From assembly GCF_016433145.1 (NCBI RefSeq), contig NC_058131.1, positions 721,577,860 through 721,641,859 of the forward strand: a stretch of DNA of 64,000 nucleotides. The letters are read 5' to 3'. Shown here in pieces: positions 22,220 to 35,549 of the stretch. The translations under genes and the position numbers were made by a program. The notes under the pieces are model-generated. The model did no database searches. It saw nothing but the letters and a program-made list of their open reading frames with translations, and was not told the DNA's origin. The number at the start of each line of letters is the position of its first letter. Positions within the stretch are counted from its first letter, which is position 1. The stretch comes from Gracilinanus agilis. Lineage: Eukaryota.

Positions 22220-23697
22220 TATTTTATTCTTTCAGGTCAAACGACCAACTGAAGCAGCATCTTAAAGGGAAGCTGGTACACAGATCTCCATCTATCAGGC
22301 TGGGCAGTTCTTGTGCATAAAACATAATAAAAAAGAGTTACAGAATTCATCTGGAAGAACAAAAGTTTGAGAATATCAAGGGAATCAATTAAAAAAAAAC
22401 CCTTTAAGGAAGGCAGATGAACAGTTCCAGATTTCAAACTATATTACAAAATGGAATCATCAAAACAACCTGGTACTGGCTAAGAAATAGTGGTGGATCA
22501 GTGGAAGAGACTAGATACACAACACACACAACACACAGAAGTGAGTGACCATAGTAATCTGGTGTTTTATAAACCCAAAGATCTAAGCTTTAGGGGCAAG
22601 AACTCAATATCTGACAATAACTTCTGGGGAAACTGGAAAGCGATTTGGCAGAATTTAGGCATAGACCAATAACTTGCACTGTATGTCAAGGGAAAGTCAA
22701 AATGGATAAATGATTTAGACACAAAGAGTGATATCATAAGTAAATTGGGGGAGGATGGAGAAGTGTATCTGGCAGGTCTATGGATAAAGTGAAGAATTTA
22801 TGACTAAGTGAGACAGAGGAGTTGACTGGAAGTAAAATAGAAAATTGTGACTACATGAAATGAAAAAGTTTTTATTTTTTAATTTTTTTTAAACCCTTAA
22901 CTTCTGTGTATTGGCTCCTAGGTGGAAGTGTGGTAAGGGTGGGCAATGGGGGTCAAGTGACTTGCCCAGGGTCACCCAGCTGGGAAGTGTCTGAGGCTGG
23001 ATTTGAACCTAGGACCTCCCGTCTCTAGGCCTGACTCTAAATCCACTGAGCTACCCAGCTGCCCTGAAATTAAAAAGCTTTTAGACAAACAAAACCAATG
23101 CAGCCCATATCAGAAAGAAAACAGGAAACTGAGGGAAATTTTTGCAACAGGTTTCTCTGATAAAGGCCTCATTTCTCAAATATATGGGAAACTGAGCCAA
23201 ATTTATAAGAGTCATTCTCCAGCTCACGAATGATCAAAGGATCTGAATAGGCAGTTTTCAGAAGAAATCAAAGCTATCATTAGTCGGTGATACTCTAAAT
23301 CACTACTAATTAGAGAAATGCAAATAAAACAACTCTGAGATACTACCTCACACCTCTAAATTAACTAACAAGACAGAAAAGGAAAATGACAAATGCCAGA
23401 TAGGATATGGAAAAATATAGATACTAATGTGCTGTTGTTGGAGTTGTGCAAGAAACTATGATCAAAGAACTATAAAATTCTGTAGGTCATTTGACCCAGT
23501 CATACCATTAATAGATATGTATCCCAAAAAGATAAAAGAAAAGAGCACAAAATATTGATAGCAGCTCTTTTTGTGCTGGCAAAGAATTGGAAACTGAAGG
23601 GAAGCCCCTCCATTAGGGAATGGCAGAACAAAGTTGTGGTACGTGAATATAGAATACTGTTGTGCTTTAAGAAATGATGAGAAATAAAGAATTCTTA
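22220..23697 (+). mobile_element. Old, degenerate L1 ORF2 fragment
   Basis: aaaacaacctggtactggctaagaaatag, ctgataaaggcctcatttctcaaatatatgg, gcagctctttttgtgctggcaaagaattgg. Confidence 0.85.
22874..23064 (-). mobile_element. SINE1_Mdo-type SINE inside the old L1
   Basis: Full head and tail; TSD tgaaat(g/t)aaaaag(t/c)tttt at 22856-22873 and 23065-23082. Confidence 0.9.
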
Positions 23698-25941
23698 GGA
23701 GCTTCTGGGTTAAGATGGTGGCAGAATAAAAAGCAGCTGCTTAACCTCTCCTAACTGAAACATACAGGACTCCTCAAGAGGACATAAAAACAAACCCAGA
23801 CGAATGAAGGGACCCCACAACAGGGTGCAGCATTGAAGGTACGTGGGATCGGGGCATTTCCATGCTATAAAGGGGTGAAACAGCTCTCACTAAATCGCGA
23901 GCTGAGCAACCCCCCTCCCCACCCACAGGGCCAAAGCCAGCGCACAAGAGTTAGAGCAAGTTTGGGGCATCCATTAAGTCCTTGGCAGCTTCCTGGGATC
24001 ACCAGGGCCTGCTCTTGAGAGCAGCAAGACTTAAGACCCCAAGAGGCTAAAGAACCTGACTTTGAACACAGACCTTAAGCGTAGGTGTGGACACAGGCAT
24101 GGATGCAGATCCTGAGCGCAGGTGCAGACCTTGGGTGGGACCCAGTGCAAAGGCGGTGCATGACTGTGGAAGCAGCACCCTGAGACTGTTAAAGCAGCTT
24201 TGGGCAAAGGAACAAGCAAGGGGACCACCAGAAGGCTGGACCCTGAGAACAACTAGACCTGAGACCTCAGGAGCCTAAAGAGCATAGACAAACCCTGGGC
24301 ATGAGGATAAACCTGAGAGGGCACTGGGCTAAAAATGGCAAGCCAGTCACAAGAACCCCAAAAGAGAAAGATCAACAAGAAGAAATCTTTAACACTAGAC
24401 AACTTTTACACAGAAAAAATCTAGACAACAGAGCAAACAGTAGAGGAGAACAAACAAGAAATCATATCCAAACCTTCCCAAAAAAATGAAAATTGGTCAC
24501 AAGCTCTTGAAGAGTTCAAATCTGAGATCAAGAGAAATATGGAAGAGATTTGGTGAGAGAAGAGGGAAATAGCTCAAAAGGAAATTAACAGGTTAAAAGA
24601 CAGAAACTCCCAATTGGAAACCAAAATTAAACAGCTGGAAAACAGGATGGACCAAACTGAAAAGGAAAATCAAAAGATTATAACAGAAAACCAGTCTCTA
24701 AAGACCAGAAATGGGCAAGTAGAAGCCAATGATCTCTCAGATTAAGAAAACAGGTCTAGAAGAGACAATCTGAGAATCATTGGTCTTCCTGAAAAAGCAG
24801 AAATTAATAGAAATTTGGACTCCATACTAAAAGAAATTATTCAGCAAAACTGTCCTGAAGTTCTACAACAAGAGGGCAATATAGACACTGAAAGGATCCA
24901 TAGATCACCCTCTACACTAAACCCTGAAAAAAGACAACCCCTAGAAATATAATAGCCAAATTCAAGAGCTTCCAAGTAAAAGAAAAAAATTTACAAGAAG
25001 CCAGAAAGAGACAATTCAGATATCAAGGAGCAACAACCAGGATCACACAGGATCTGGCAGCCTCCACGCTAAAAGACTACAAGGCTTGGAATATGATATT
25101 CAGAAAGGCAAGAGAACTGGGTCTTCAACCAAGGATCAACTACCCATCAAAACTGACTATATACTTCCGGGGGAAAGTATGGGTATTCAACAAGATAGAA
25201 GATTTCCAAGTATTTGCACAGAAAAGACCAGGACTAAATGGAAAGTTCGATATCCAACCACAAAACCCAAGAGAAACATAAAAAGGTAATAAGAAACAGA
25301 GGGGAAAGAAAGAAAACTCATATTTTTTAAATTTGCTTCTTTAAAGGCTTCAATAAGATCTAATTATTTGTATTCCTATATGGAGAAATGTTATGTGTAA
25401 TTCTCTGTAGTGAACTCTATTCACTATTATAGTATTCACTATTATAGTAATTAGAAGAATTATTCATAGGGAGAGGCTGGAGTACTAAATGGTCTAAGAT
25501 GATATGAGGGTGGGTGGGAAAGAGGGGGGAGAATAGTAGATGGCACCAAGAGAAACTTCAATGAATAAGAAAAATAGGATATTCTATTACACACAAAGAG
25601 GGCATGGGAAGGCGAGGGGATGAATACTATTATAAGAAGGAGAGGAAGAGAGCATTCTGGATGGCAATTTGGAACTATGCTCAAAGGGCTATAAAAGATT
25701 GTCTGCCCTTTGATCCAGCCATACCATTGTTGGGTTTGTACCCCAAAGAGATCATAGATAAACAGACTTATATGAAAATATTTGTAGCTGCGCTTTTTGT
25801 GCTGGCAAAAAACTGGAAAACGAGGGCATGCCCTTCAATTGGGGAATGGCTGAACAAATTGTGGTATATGCTGGTGATGGAATACTATTGTGCTCAAAGG
25901 AATAATAAACTGGAGGAATTCCATGTGAACTGGAAAGACCT
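23698..25941 (+). mobile_element. Opossum-type L1 with 5'UTR, broken ORF1 (about 24335-25289), spacer and ORF2 C-terminus; EN and RT domains missing
   Basis: ORF1 motif MIFRKARELGLQPRINYPSKL; ORF2 tail IWNYAQRAIKDCLPFDPAIPLLGLYPKE begins about 25653. Confidence 0.85.
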
Positions 25942-26929
25942 TAGGCGTCTTGAAATAATGCAAACTAGAAGAACCAGCACTTTTAAAAGAGGCTCTCAAA
26001 TAGATAAGTCACCCACCAAAAAAAAAGGTGAGCAAGAATGAACATGAGTAAGAAAAGCAAAGAACAGATGAGCCCGTGGAGGTTAAAATAATGATCACAA
26101 GAACTGAATTTGGAATTAAAAGATGTTTTAAAATCTCAGAAGGAAGGAGTGACCAGTTTGGGGTAAATAATAGAAGACCTCGAAAATGAATCAGATCAGC
26201 CACCAAGACTGACTATAGAAAGTAACAGAATTGTAGACGAGGTTGATCACACCTGAGAATGAACTCCAGAAATGATTCTATGATTTTTCACAATTGGGTA
26301 CAAGCCTCCAGATGGCCAACATGTGGCAAGATTTAGAAAAGAATCTGAAAAGCAGGCTGTACAGAAGAGATTCCGTTTCACATACAATCTTCTCTTCTTC
26401 TATTCTTTGTGTGGAAATGTTGGTATTGAAGTTGAGAATAAACAACTTTAAAATGAATTCTCCTTCCAGTGGATGACACTCATATTTCTTCCTGATTGCT
26501 CTTATCCAGTCACTGACCCATCTCCACTCCCACAGTTCTCTTCACAAGTGTCACAACAAGACAGTCCCAGACTGACCAGCACAGCCACACGGAAAACCTC
26601 ATTTAGAACACTCTAACTCCACCACCATTCAGGGGGCTGGCTCACCACTCCTGTTACAAGACAAGCATGGGTTTACAATCAGGAAAAGGGACAGTCTTTG
26701 CCCTCTGGGTGCTCCCCGTCTAATGGAGGAAGAAACTTCATGGAAAACACAGCATTTAAAGCCTGGCAGGAGGGGAAGAAGCAGGGAGTGGGGATGGGCT
26801 TGAGGGTCAAGTAGGGACTAAAGCCCCAGTTACTTCCATTGAGAAACACAACTGAGGTTCATGGCAAAAGCAGCTCTTCCTGGTTACAAAGTCCCCAGAG
26901 TAGGTCTTTGTCAGCCTATGTACCCCCAT

Positions 26930-27245
26930 CTTCCTCTAGGAAAGAAGAACATGCTCCTCTAGCTGTTCCCTGTGCCTGTATAGCTCTCCCTCCTCCTGAC
27001 CTCTTTGGCTTCCTTTAAGTCTCAGCTAAAATCTCACCTTCGCCAGGAAGCCTTCCCCAGCCCCTGATAATTGTCTCCTGCTTTAGTTTGCTTTGTAGAT
27101 CTGTTTAGAGGGTGTCTTCCCCATTAGTTGGTGAGCCCTGGAGGGTAGGCATTGTCTTCTGCCTCTTGGCATCCTCAAAGCTCAACCCAAGGCTTAGCAC
27201 ACAGGAGGCACTTAATACATATTTACTGCCTGCCTGAAGATGTTA
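26930..27245 (+). mobile_element. L2 3' end
   Basis: ccttcgccaggaagccttcccc...ggcttagcacacaggaggcacttaatacatatttactg. Confidence 0.7.
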
Positions 27246-29289
27246 ACTGAGTCACCAAAGATCACGCTGGCAGGAGTGGATCCACAGCCCATCAGAGTAG
27301 TGCTTATTCCGAGGGACTCCTCCTCCTCTTCCTCCCTGTTTCTTTTTCTGTAAGGAATACAAGTCCCTCTCTTGGTAGCCAAGCTGCTCTGTGTCCAGGC
27401 TGAAGAGAAAAGAGTAGCGTCGAGGAGCCAGACGATGAGGACACTAAGGCTCATCTTAGCCCTTGTGTCTGGAAGGCTGCGAGGTGCAGGCACCAGTGAC
27501 TCATGGGAAGGGATCCTCCCATCTCCCTTATTCTCCACCTTTTGCTGCCACCTCATCACTACATTTTCATGAAAGAAGATGCCCAGGAGATTCGAGCAAG
27601 TGTCTCCCAGAACACTAACCCAGGGCTTGGGCTGTTGGTGTTCAGCAATCAAAGTAGATTTTTAGCGTTTAAAATGGAGGCCTCACATTACCGAGGGGAG
27701 AAAACTCTTACCACGAGAGTGAAATCAAAGAGAAGCTCCTGATTAGCAGTTGGCACCAATTTATCTGGGACATTCTAATTGCAAACTGAAGATCTGGTAG
27801 GAGCCACAGACGTGATGGGGATAAATTAGAGGGCAACAAAGGGCTCGCCTCTGAATGCAGAACAGCATCCTGGGAGATAAAGAGGCAATAAGCTGAGAGA
27901 ACAACCCAACCAAAGCAGAAGGCAACCACTACTCCTTTCTGACTTGGGTTTACAAAGCAAAGAATAAAAGCAGGTGGCTGGACCAGAATAAGGTGCCCAG
28001 GGCCCCTTTATTCCATAACCAGGACCATAGAAACACCCAATGCTGGAACTACCTATTTGGCAAAGGGTCCAAAGGATCTACTGTTCCACCCAGACCCAAA
28101 GTCAGCACCAAAATGTGGAACAAAAGAGCCCAAGGATGTTCCAACTGAGACTTAGACTTTGATGGTGGTGCCTGTCAGGGGGGCAGTGCTTTCCTTTTAC
28201 TTATTTTTTTAACCTGAATCTTTTCAGCTGTTTGCATTCTTGATGAGAAGTAAATAAACCGCCTGCCAACATAATGGAAAATGCAGTCATGAGTTACAGC
28301 CATTGCTTTGGAATCTGTGATACCAAATTTAATAGAAGATTGGCTTAAGTTTGTTAGCCGTTGAGGTCATAACAAGGAATCCTTTCTGATGAAAAATGGC
28401 TATTATGGGGAATGAAAAAGGTTTCTTTGGGTACTGATAACATCATTATTTTAGAAGCAGGAGATGTATGGCTCACATCAGGGATCTCTGGGAGCTGAAT
28501 GAGATCTGTGTGACTGATTTTGTTCGTCAAACTGGGAGAAATCTCCTGAGGAGTCTGAAAGTCTCTTTTCTGTACGTAGGCCGTCATCCTCTTCTACCTC
28601 CAAATGAAAAATGAAACTGGTTCCTTTTCTCAAAATTCTGTGCATGAGTAAATCTTGCTCATCTTTTGAGCTCTGAAAGAGTATGTGACTGAATGGTGAA
28701 GTCCCTCATTCACTACACAGCCCTTTATTGAAAAAATGTTGGTGCCACTTAGAAATGTGCCTTCTCTGAATCTTTCTTGAATTTCTTTTCTTAAAAGTGA
28801 GGATAAAGGGGTTTCGGAGCCATCTCATCCCTTAGTGACATGGGTCTGTGAAGGTGGATGACTCAATGACGTGGCAGAGATGAAGAGCTGAGGGCTGGCC
28901 TCTGCGCAACAGCTGGCTGTCCTGGGCAGCCAATGCTTACCCCCTGGCTGAACCAAAGTGAACTATTGTTAAAGAAAATGGCTTTGTAGAGGGCTCTGCT
29001 CTGTAGCGGTCCTTTGAGAGTTAGAGGTCATCAAAGTTATTTTACCTAAGGAGCTAAGCAGAGATTCAGCAACATTCTGGATGTTCTGGAATCTCCCAGA
29101 GTTCCTTGCCCAGAAAACCACAGTGAAGCAATTTTCTGAGCCAACTTAGGTAGAGTCTCTTTTAGGTCAGCTGCCTTGGTGGCCCCCACTGGCAGAGAGA
29201 GGAGAAAGCCCCACCCCCACCCCCACCCTAGGAAGTGTCCAATGATGGACCCTTTTTAGCTCCTGAAATTAAGGCAGCACCCTCCACAC

Positions 29290-29485
29290 CAGTGATTCCC
29301 AAAGTGGGCGCCACCGCCCCCTGGTGGGTGCTGCAGTGATCCAGGGGAGCGGTGATGGCCACAGATGCATTTATCTTTCCTGTTAATTGCTATTAAAATT
29401 AAAAAAAAAAAATTAACTTCCAGGGGGCTAAGTCATATTTTTTCTGGAAAGGGGGCAGGAGGCCAAAAAAGTTTGGGGAGCACTG
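29290..29485. mobile_element. hAT/Charlie-type non-autonomous DNA transposon (MITE), 196 bp
   Basis: TIRs CAGTGATTCCCAAAGT / CAGTGCTCCCCAAACT (13 of 16 match); 8-bp TSD ctccacac / ctctacac. Confidence 0.88.
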
Positions 29486-31309
29486 CTCTACACATACCCT
29501 TGGGCCTTCAAAGGGAGAGGCCTTTCTACCTTTGAGGGGGATGTTCCTGTCTTTCCCTTTGCAATAAATTTCCTTCTTGAAGAAAGACAAGCTTTGCTGT
29601 GGCTTCAGAATCGCTGGAAGCTCAAGCTTGGTGGTTAAGCCACCTTTTCCCTCTAACTCGACCTGCGATCTGGGCGAAGCCCTCCCAGGATGTGCCATGG
29701 AGTGGGCCAGCTCTTGGCCATGGTGGAGACGGCCTTAAAGGCCCCTATTCCGGCATGAAACTGAATATTGCCCAAGACCCCAGGTCCTGGGATGCCTAGG
29801 AATGACTGAGGCTGGAGGATGCTGTGGAGGTTCTCAGGAAAGCAAGGAGCAGGATAAGACAAATGTAACTAGGAAGGCGAAGTGTCCCTACAAATGGGGG
29901 CTAGTTTAGGAGACTCTGAGGGTCAGAATATGTTCTCTGTGGGGTGGCTGGGTGCCTCCTGTACCTGCCCCAGCCCCCACTCAGTCTCCTCATGCCAGGC
30001 CTGCCTGGGTGGTCTTTGGAATTGTGAACAAGCTGGCTGGTGGTGAAGTGTTAGTCCCCAGGGCTCTGGAATGCTGGTCAACAAGCCTTTATTGAGCCCC
30101 TGCTGGGCAAAGGGCAGAACTCTAAGTGTAGGGAGGACTCCACGAGAAACACCCATATGGGAAAGGCCTTGAGGCCTGTCACCCCACAACCACAAGGGAG
30201 GCACTCTAACTCAAGGCAGCGGGAGGCTTCTCTTCCAAACTCTGAGGCTTGGTCACAGGGGCGGGGGGGGGGGCTTCCCTTCTTGGGCAAGCAGCCTGTT
30301 AGTGCTGGGGGTTTTGAGTACTTCTCCTTGCGAGGAAAGCTGGAGGTGAGCTTTCTGGGATTTGTGGGGCTGGCCCTGGGGTACAGACTTGGTTCTTGTG
30401 AGATTTTGTGGGATCTGAGCTCTATCTGGAAGGAGGCAGGAAAGTCAAGGAGAAGAGGTAGGAAGGAAAGGCCCAGAGACAGGAGAGGGGACAGCCAGGA
30501 GGCCAGCAGAGTCATAGAGGTGAGGTGAGAAAAGCCCAAGAAGATGCTCATTGGATGCTGCAGTAGCAGAGTCTGCGAGTCAGGCCTGAACAGGCAGTGC
30601 CAGTATACAGGCATCAGGGGAAGAGGGCCCATAGGAGGCCAGAGGGGATAAGAGTGAGGGGCGCTGTCACAGAACAAACCCGAGCCTGTCAGGACACTGG
30701 CCATGTGGATGAGCAAGCTGCCCTGGGCTCAGGGAAGAGTTCAGTCTGGGAGTCTTGGGTCTGAAATGCCTCCAGAACACTGTTCTGAGATACCTACCAG
30801 GAGGCTGGTGATGTGGGCCTGGGGGTCAGGATGGAGGATCTTTAGCACAGAGATGAGAACAGAATCTACCTAGCACAGGAGGGAGAAAGAAGGGGGCCCA
30901 GGACAGAGTCTCAGGGAACACCTGAAGTCAGGCTGCATGACCCAGTGGGCAGGACCAGGAGCCTGGCCAGGACACAGTCCAGGAGAAGAGGGTCACCAAT
31001 AATACTTTCAGATGTGGGACAAAGACAGAAAAGGCCAGATCTGGCCATTAAAACGCCACTGGCTAAGGCAGCTGGACACCAGGCTGCCCTCCTTGGCCAG
31101 GAGGGCTCTTTGGTTGTTATCCTCCCACTCTGGGAGATGCTCTGCCCTAAAGAAATTGCGCCTCTTTCCAGCAGAAGGGCTGAGATGGACGGCCACTGTG
31201 TCCAGTTTCGTGCTGCTAAAGCCAAAAGAGCCTTTCTGTAATTTTGGGGTGCTAAACCAGGCTGCAAACTGAAAACATGAGGGTTTGTTTAGTCTTTTCC
31301 TTTACTTAC

Positions 31310-31384
31310 GGGAACAGATGTATTCAGCAAGTTTCTCACCGTTTCCACATTTTTCTCCTTCTGTAGCCAGGCCAAGTTTTCTCA
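31310..31384 (-). CDS. UROS: UROS exon 6 (75 nt)
   Basis: ttccag|TG...TCC C|gtaagt; [25 protein letters not shown]. Confidence 0.96.
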
Positions 31385-31423
31385 CTGGAAAACAACCAAA
31401 AACACCATTCTAGACTGATCTAG

Positions 31424-31665
31424 GGGCAGCTAAAGGGCACAGTGGTTGGAGCGTGTGGTCTGGAGTGAGGAAAACCTGAATTAAAATCTGGCCTCAGATA
31501 CGTTCTAGCTATGTGACTCTGGGCAAGTCACTTATCCCAGTGAGTCTTAGTTTCCTCATCTGTAAAATGAGCTGGACAAGGAAATGGCCGGAATCTTTGC
31601 TGAGAAAACCCCAGCTGGGGCCACGACAAGTCAGACGTAACTGAAGGCCTGAATGCCAACAACAA
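31424..31665 (+). mobile_element. Mar1-type SINE (CORE head plus RTE-derived tail)
   Basis: MIR-like core followed by gctggacaaggaaatggc...gaaaacccca...gtcagacgtaactgaa...caacaacaa. Confidence 0.8.
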
Positions 31666-33050
31666 AGACTCTTCTCCAGACTCTGCTCAGGACTAAGGAA
31701 GCACGCTGGCTCACCTGCCTGTTGGCAGCAGTTTGGTGGGCCGGGGGGCTCTGGGTCTGGAGCCAGAGGCCGCAGCCCTAGCTTCTGCCCTGGCCCTAGC
31801 TCCCTCCTGTGTCAAATGAGGGGCTTGGACTAGAAGACCCAAGGCCCTCCTAGCTCTGTACCTGGTCCTTCCAAAGTCCCCTTTACTTGCCCCTGAGAAG
31901 GGGTCTCCTGGGACTATTTCTTCTCGCTTGGGGGGTGATGCAGGCTGGCATGGGGGGCTTTACTGAGGCCCTTGGGGTGCCTCAGAGTGCCAAAGGCAAA
32001 CAGAGGAGAGGGCTACCCCAACAGACAGCTGGCTGAGCAGAGCCCCGGTGCCCAGAGCCCCAGCACCCAGGGAGCTTCAGCTCAGACACAACTGGGGGCT
32101 ATATCTCTCTGGTTGGGGTCTTTCTGCATGAAACTGAACCCAGGAGCCACCTGGAGAAGAAAGCTGGCCTGTGAATCCATTAATTAAGACCCTAATAGGG
32201 TCAGGGAAAAGTTTGCCAAAAGAGAAACCAAAGTGCCAGTTGCTGGTCTAGACTGCCGTGCTCTCAGGAGGGGCATTTATGAAGCAGCTGCTGTGTGGGC
32301 ACTGGGGGCTTCCCAGGCTGGGGCTCTGTCTGGGGGGTGGCATGTCCCTGAGAGGGAGGGGAGTGACAGGTACCCAAAAAAAAGGTGTTGATGGCTCGAG
32401 GTGCCGGGCAGCAGCCCTGAGGAGACTGCGGTCCTTCCTCGAGAAGCCACGCTGGGCAGACTCATTTCTGATTCACACACAAGCCTGGACCCAGCAAACT
32501 GGAACTTCAATTTAAACACTGTCAAATGGCAATTTATGGATCATTCAAAATGTGCCGAGTCAAGAGACAAAAGTCTCCTCCTGGGCCAAACGCGCTCCAG
32601 GAGGGAAGCCAGGGCTCCTGAGGCAGGATATGGGCCCAGAGGGGCTTAGGAGAGGCTCTGGACATGCCCTGTTGGCTGGCTGCTGAAGGTCAGGCCCTCG
32701 GGAGGCTGGGCCCTGGGCACTCTTTTCCCCTCTCCAGGGCCCAAGGGCCAACCTCATTCTATGCAGAACCCATCAGAGGTTTGGAGCTGGCCAGGACCTC
32801 AGAGGCCCCAGGGTCACAGGGCCCAGAGAAGATGGGGAGCTCCCATGGAGCCTGTTCCACCACCAGGAACTGCTAGGGGTCCTCCTGAGCATGGCAGGGC
32901 CCCAGGAGCTCGGGGGTAGGTAGGGGGGGACCTAACAGGCAGGAGTTCCCTCTGGCTGTCCCAGCAGCCAGTCGAGGCTTTCCCCCATCCCTGGGAGTGC
33001 CGAGGAAGTTGGGCCGCAGAGCCCCCTCCAGGATTGCTTTTTCGACTCAC

Positions 33051-33125
33051 CAAGGGATGCCGTGGCTTGGCCGACCACGTACGCCGGCTTGGCGAGCCAT
33101 TTTTCTTTCAGAGACTTTTTCCAGA
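33051..33125 (-). CDS. UROS: UROS exon 5 (75 nt)
   Basis: tttttcag|TC...CTT G|gtgagt; VWKKSLKEKWLAKPAYVVGQATASL. Confidence 0.96.
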
Positions 33126-34554
33126 CTGAAAAACAGTTAATTAAAAACAAGAACTTAGCAGTGAACTATGAGCATGAAAGTGGCCATTTGGACTCTGCCC
33201 CAGAAGGCTGCTTTTGGTTTCTTTGGAACAGTCTTGGGAAAAGCAACAAGTGAACAACCAAGTCTGAAAGCAAAAAACCTTTTGAGGCAAAGAACTGTGA
33301 GTGGCGGCCAGTGTGGGGGGCTCCCAGGGGCCATGCCCGGAGCTCCAACGTGTCCTCAGAAAACAAGGATGGAGGCTGCCCGGAGCCTCGCCGATGAAAA
33401 GGGAGGTCTTTAGAGGAAGAGAAGGAAACCGGGCTGGGAAATGCTGCTCCAAGAAACCCGACACATGTAGGGTGGAGAGAAACCCGAGCCCAGGTTCCCA
33501 ATGACTTCTTTGGAAATGAAGGGCAAAGACACAAAGAAATTCTCTGCTCCCCAAGCCAAGGAAGCTCCCCAAGAAGCATCCACATCCTGCACAAGCAGAC
33601 CCCACGAGAACATGGGCCGCACACAGCAGAGCCTGTCTTGGCCCCTGCCATAGCCTCCCAGCCAAGAGCCCTCCAGGTCACATGCGAGGCCAGGGGGAGG
33701 GAGGAGGGCGTTGGGGTCCTCTTTGGCCAGAGCCCCCTGGGGAGGCTGAGGCTGCCCCCCTCATTCCTGGTGCCCCTGCGCTCACTCTTAAAGCTGGGGG
33801 AACCTCGGCTGTCCCTGGGTCACAGGACGGGATCCCCCTGCTAGTCCCCAAACCGCAGGGAATGGGGGCATGAAATGGCACTGACTGACTCCGGCTCAGG
33901 AATTCCCCTGCTGGTCTCTGTGGAGCCACAGTCAGGGTCCCTCGAATGCCCCTGTGGGACGTCTCCCCGATCCCAGAATGCCCCGGCCCCCGAGGCTCCT
34001 TGGGCCAGCTTCTCCCTCCACTGAGGACCATGGAAGGGTCAGACTCTGGGGCCTGCCCTAGCCACACAGCTGGGAAGGGGCAGCTCCAGGATTTGGACCC
34101 AGAGCCTCTGGCAGGGCAGGTCCCCACATGACCGTCTGGCACTAGGTGCTCCCAGTCGGGCCGCAGAGCCCGGGAGAGCATCTAGTTTGTCCCTGAAGTA
34201 AGAGGTGGGAAACTGAGGCCGAGATGTAAACGGGCCTCCAGGCCTGGGGCTCCCGGCACCGGCCTGTCTTTAGCCAGAGGCCTGGTTGTCCACAGGTCTC
34301 GTCCAGCAGGCTGTGTTCGAAGCCCACACGAGTCTGAGTGCCCTGAGCCAGGGGCCTACTATGGGGAGGCCCAGGGTGTGAACAAGTGCTTCTAAGCACC
34401 ATGCTGTGAAGGCAGGGAACACCTTGCTGAGCCGGGGGTGCAGGCCTGGCAGGGGGATCCCCCTATCCCTGGCCAAGGGCAGCTCTGCCTCACTGGTGTC
34501 CGCCTGGCATTGCTGGGCCTTGGGCCCTGCTTCCTAAGGAACCAGGGAAAGGGC

Positions 34555-34680
34555 TGGGCATGGAGTCAGGAAGACCCGAATTCAAACCCAGCTGCAGAAG
34601 TGTACTGGCTGTGGGACCCTGGGCTGGTCATGTCACCCTCTTTGCCTCAGTTTCCCCACCTGTAAAATGGGGACAGTCCT
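34555..34680 (+). mobile_element. MIR-type SINE
   Basis: ggagtcaggaagacccgaattcaaaccc...cctcagtttccccacctgtaaaatgggga. Confidence 0.7.
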
Positions 34681-34758
34681 GGCCTCTGTTAGCCCATGAG
34701 GGAGCTGGGAAGGGGTGGTCCACCTCTTGGGGCTTCCCAGAGATGGGCCCAGACTCAC

Positions 34759-34855
34759 CTGGAAGCTGGCCGGCCTTCTCCAGGCAAAGTTCCACGGCTT
34801 CCACGGCACGAGGACTGGTGAAGATGAGCCCCCCGTAAGCCTCTGGATGCGACAG
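34759..34855 (-). CDS. UROS: UROS exon 4 (97 nt)
   Basis: ggcag|CTG...CCA G|gtgagt; [32 protein letters not shown] with Thr62 and Cys73 equivalents present. Confidence 0.96.
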
Positions 34856-35344
34856 CTGCCACCAGAGAACACACACAAAACCCCCGTGTGAAGCCCACAC
34901 ATCGCGGAGCCTTTCTGGGGAGCCACGGGGTGTCAGGCCTTTATTCTACTGGGGGACACGAGACCCAAGAGCACAGCTGGCTGTGAGGGACAGACAGTCA
35001 GGACAGGCCTCAGGCTCCTGGGGTGCCTCCAGCAGCCTTTGGGGGGCCCTGGGTTCAGAGGACAGAGTGGGGGAACATGACTGTCTTAACCACCCCCGAG
35101 GAGCTCGATGTGATGACTGCAGCACCGGCCGGGACCATGTCAAAGCACATTCGAGTCCAGACTGACCACACAGACCCCCGGGGCTCCCTGGGCTGAAGGC
35201 TGGCACTGTGCCCTCGTAGGAATGGGGTGCTGTGCTACGGGGGGTGCAGCATCGCAGCCCTATGGGGGGCTCTTCGATAAAAACCTGGGTAACCCTCTGG
35301 CAGGATGGCCCCTAGCGCTGACCCAGAGGAGTATCTGGCCGTAC

Positions 35345-35428
35345 CTTCTCAGAGAAACTCTGCAGAGACAGAAACTCAAACGATAAAACGGGGATCAAAG
35401 TGGCTTCAAATCCACAGGATCCCAATTC
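35345..35428 (-). CDS. UROS: UROS exon 3 (84 nt)
   Basis: cccag|GAA...AAG|gtacgg; [28 protein letters not shown]. Confidence 0.96.
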
Positions 35429-35549
35429 CTGGGGGGGGAAAGTTGTTGTTAGAAAGTGGGGCAGGCCTGGGGCCCCACTTCAAGGGGTGCTGCTGCCTCC
35501 CCGGTCCCCTCCGAGGCCCAGAAGATGAGAGTGATGAGGCTGAGCCTGG

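Noticed and set aside
27755-27885. Two AGATAA motifs in UROS intron 6 as an erythroid enhancer
   Set aside because: Density is not above chance and there is no composite E-box spacing
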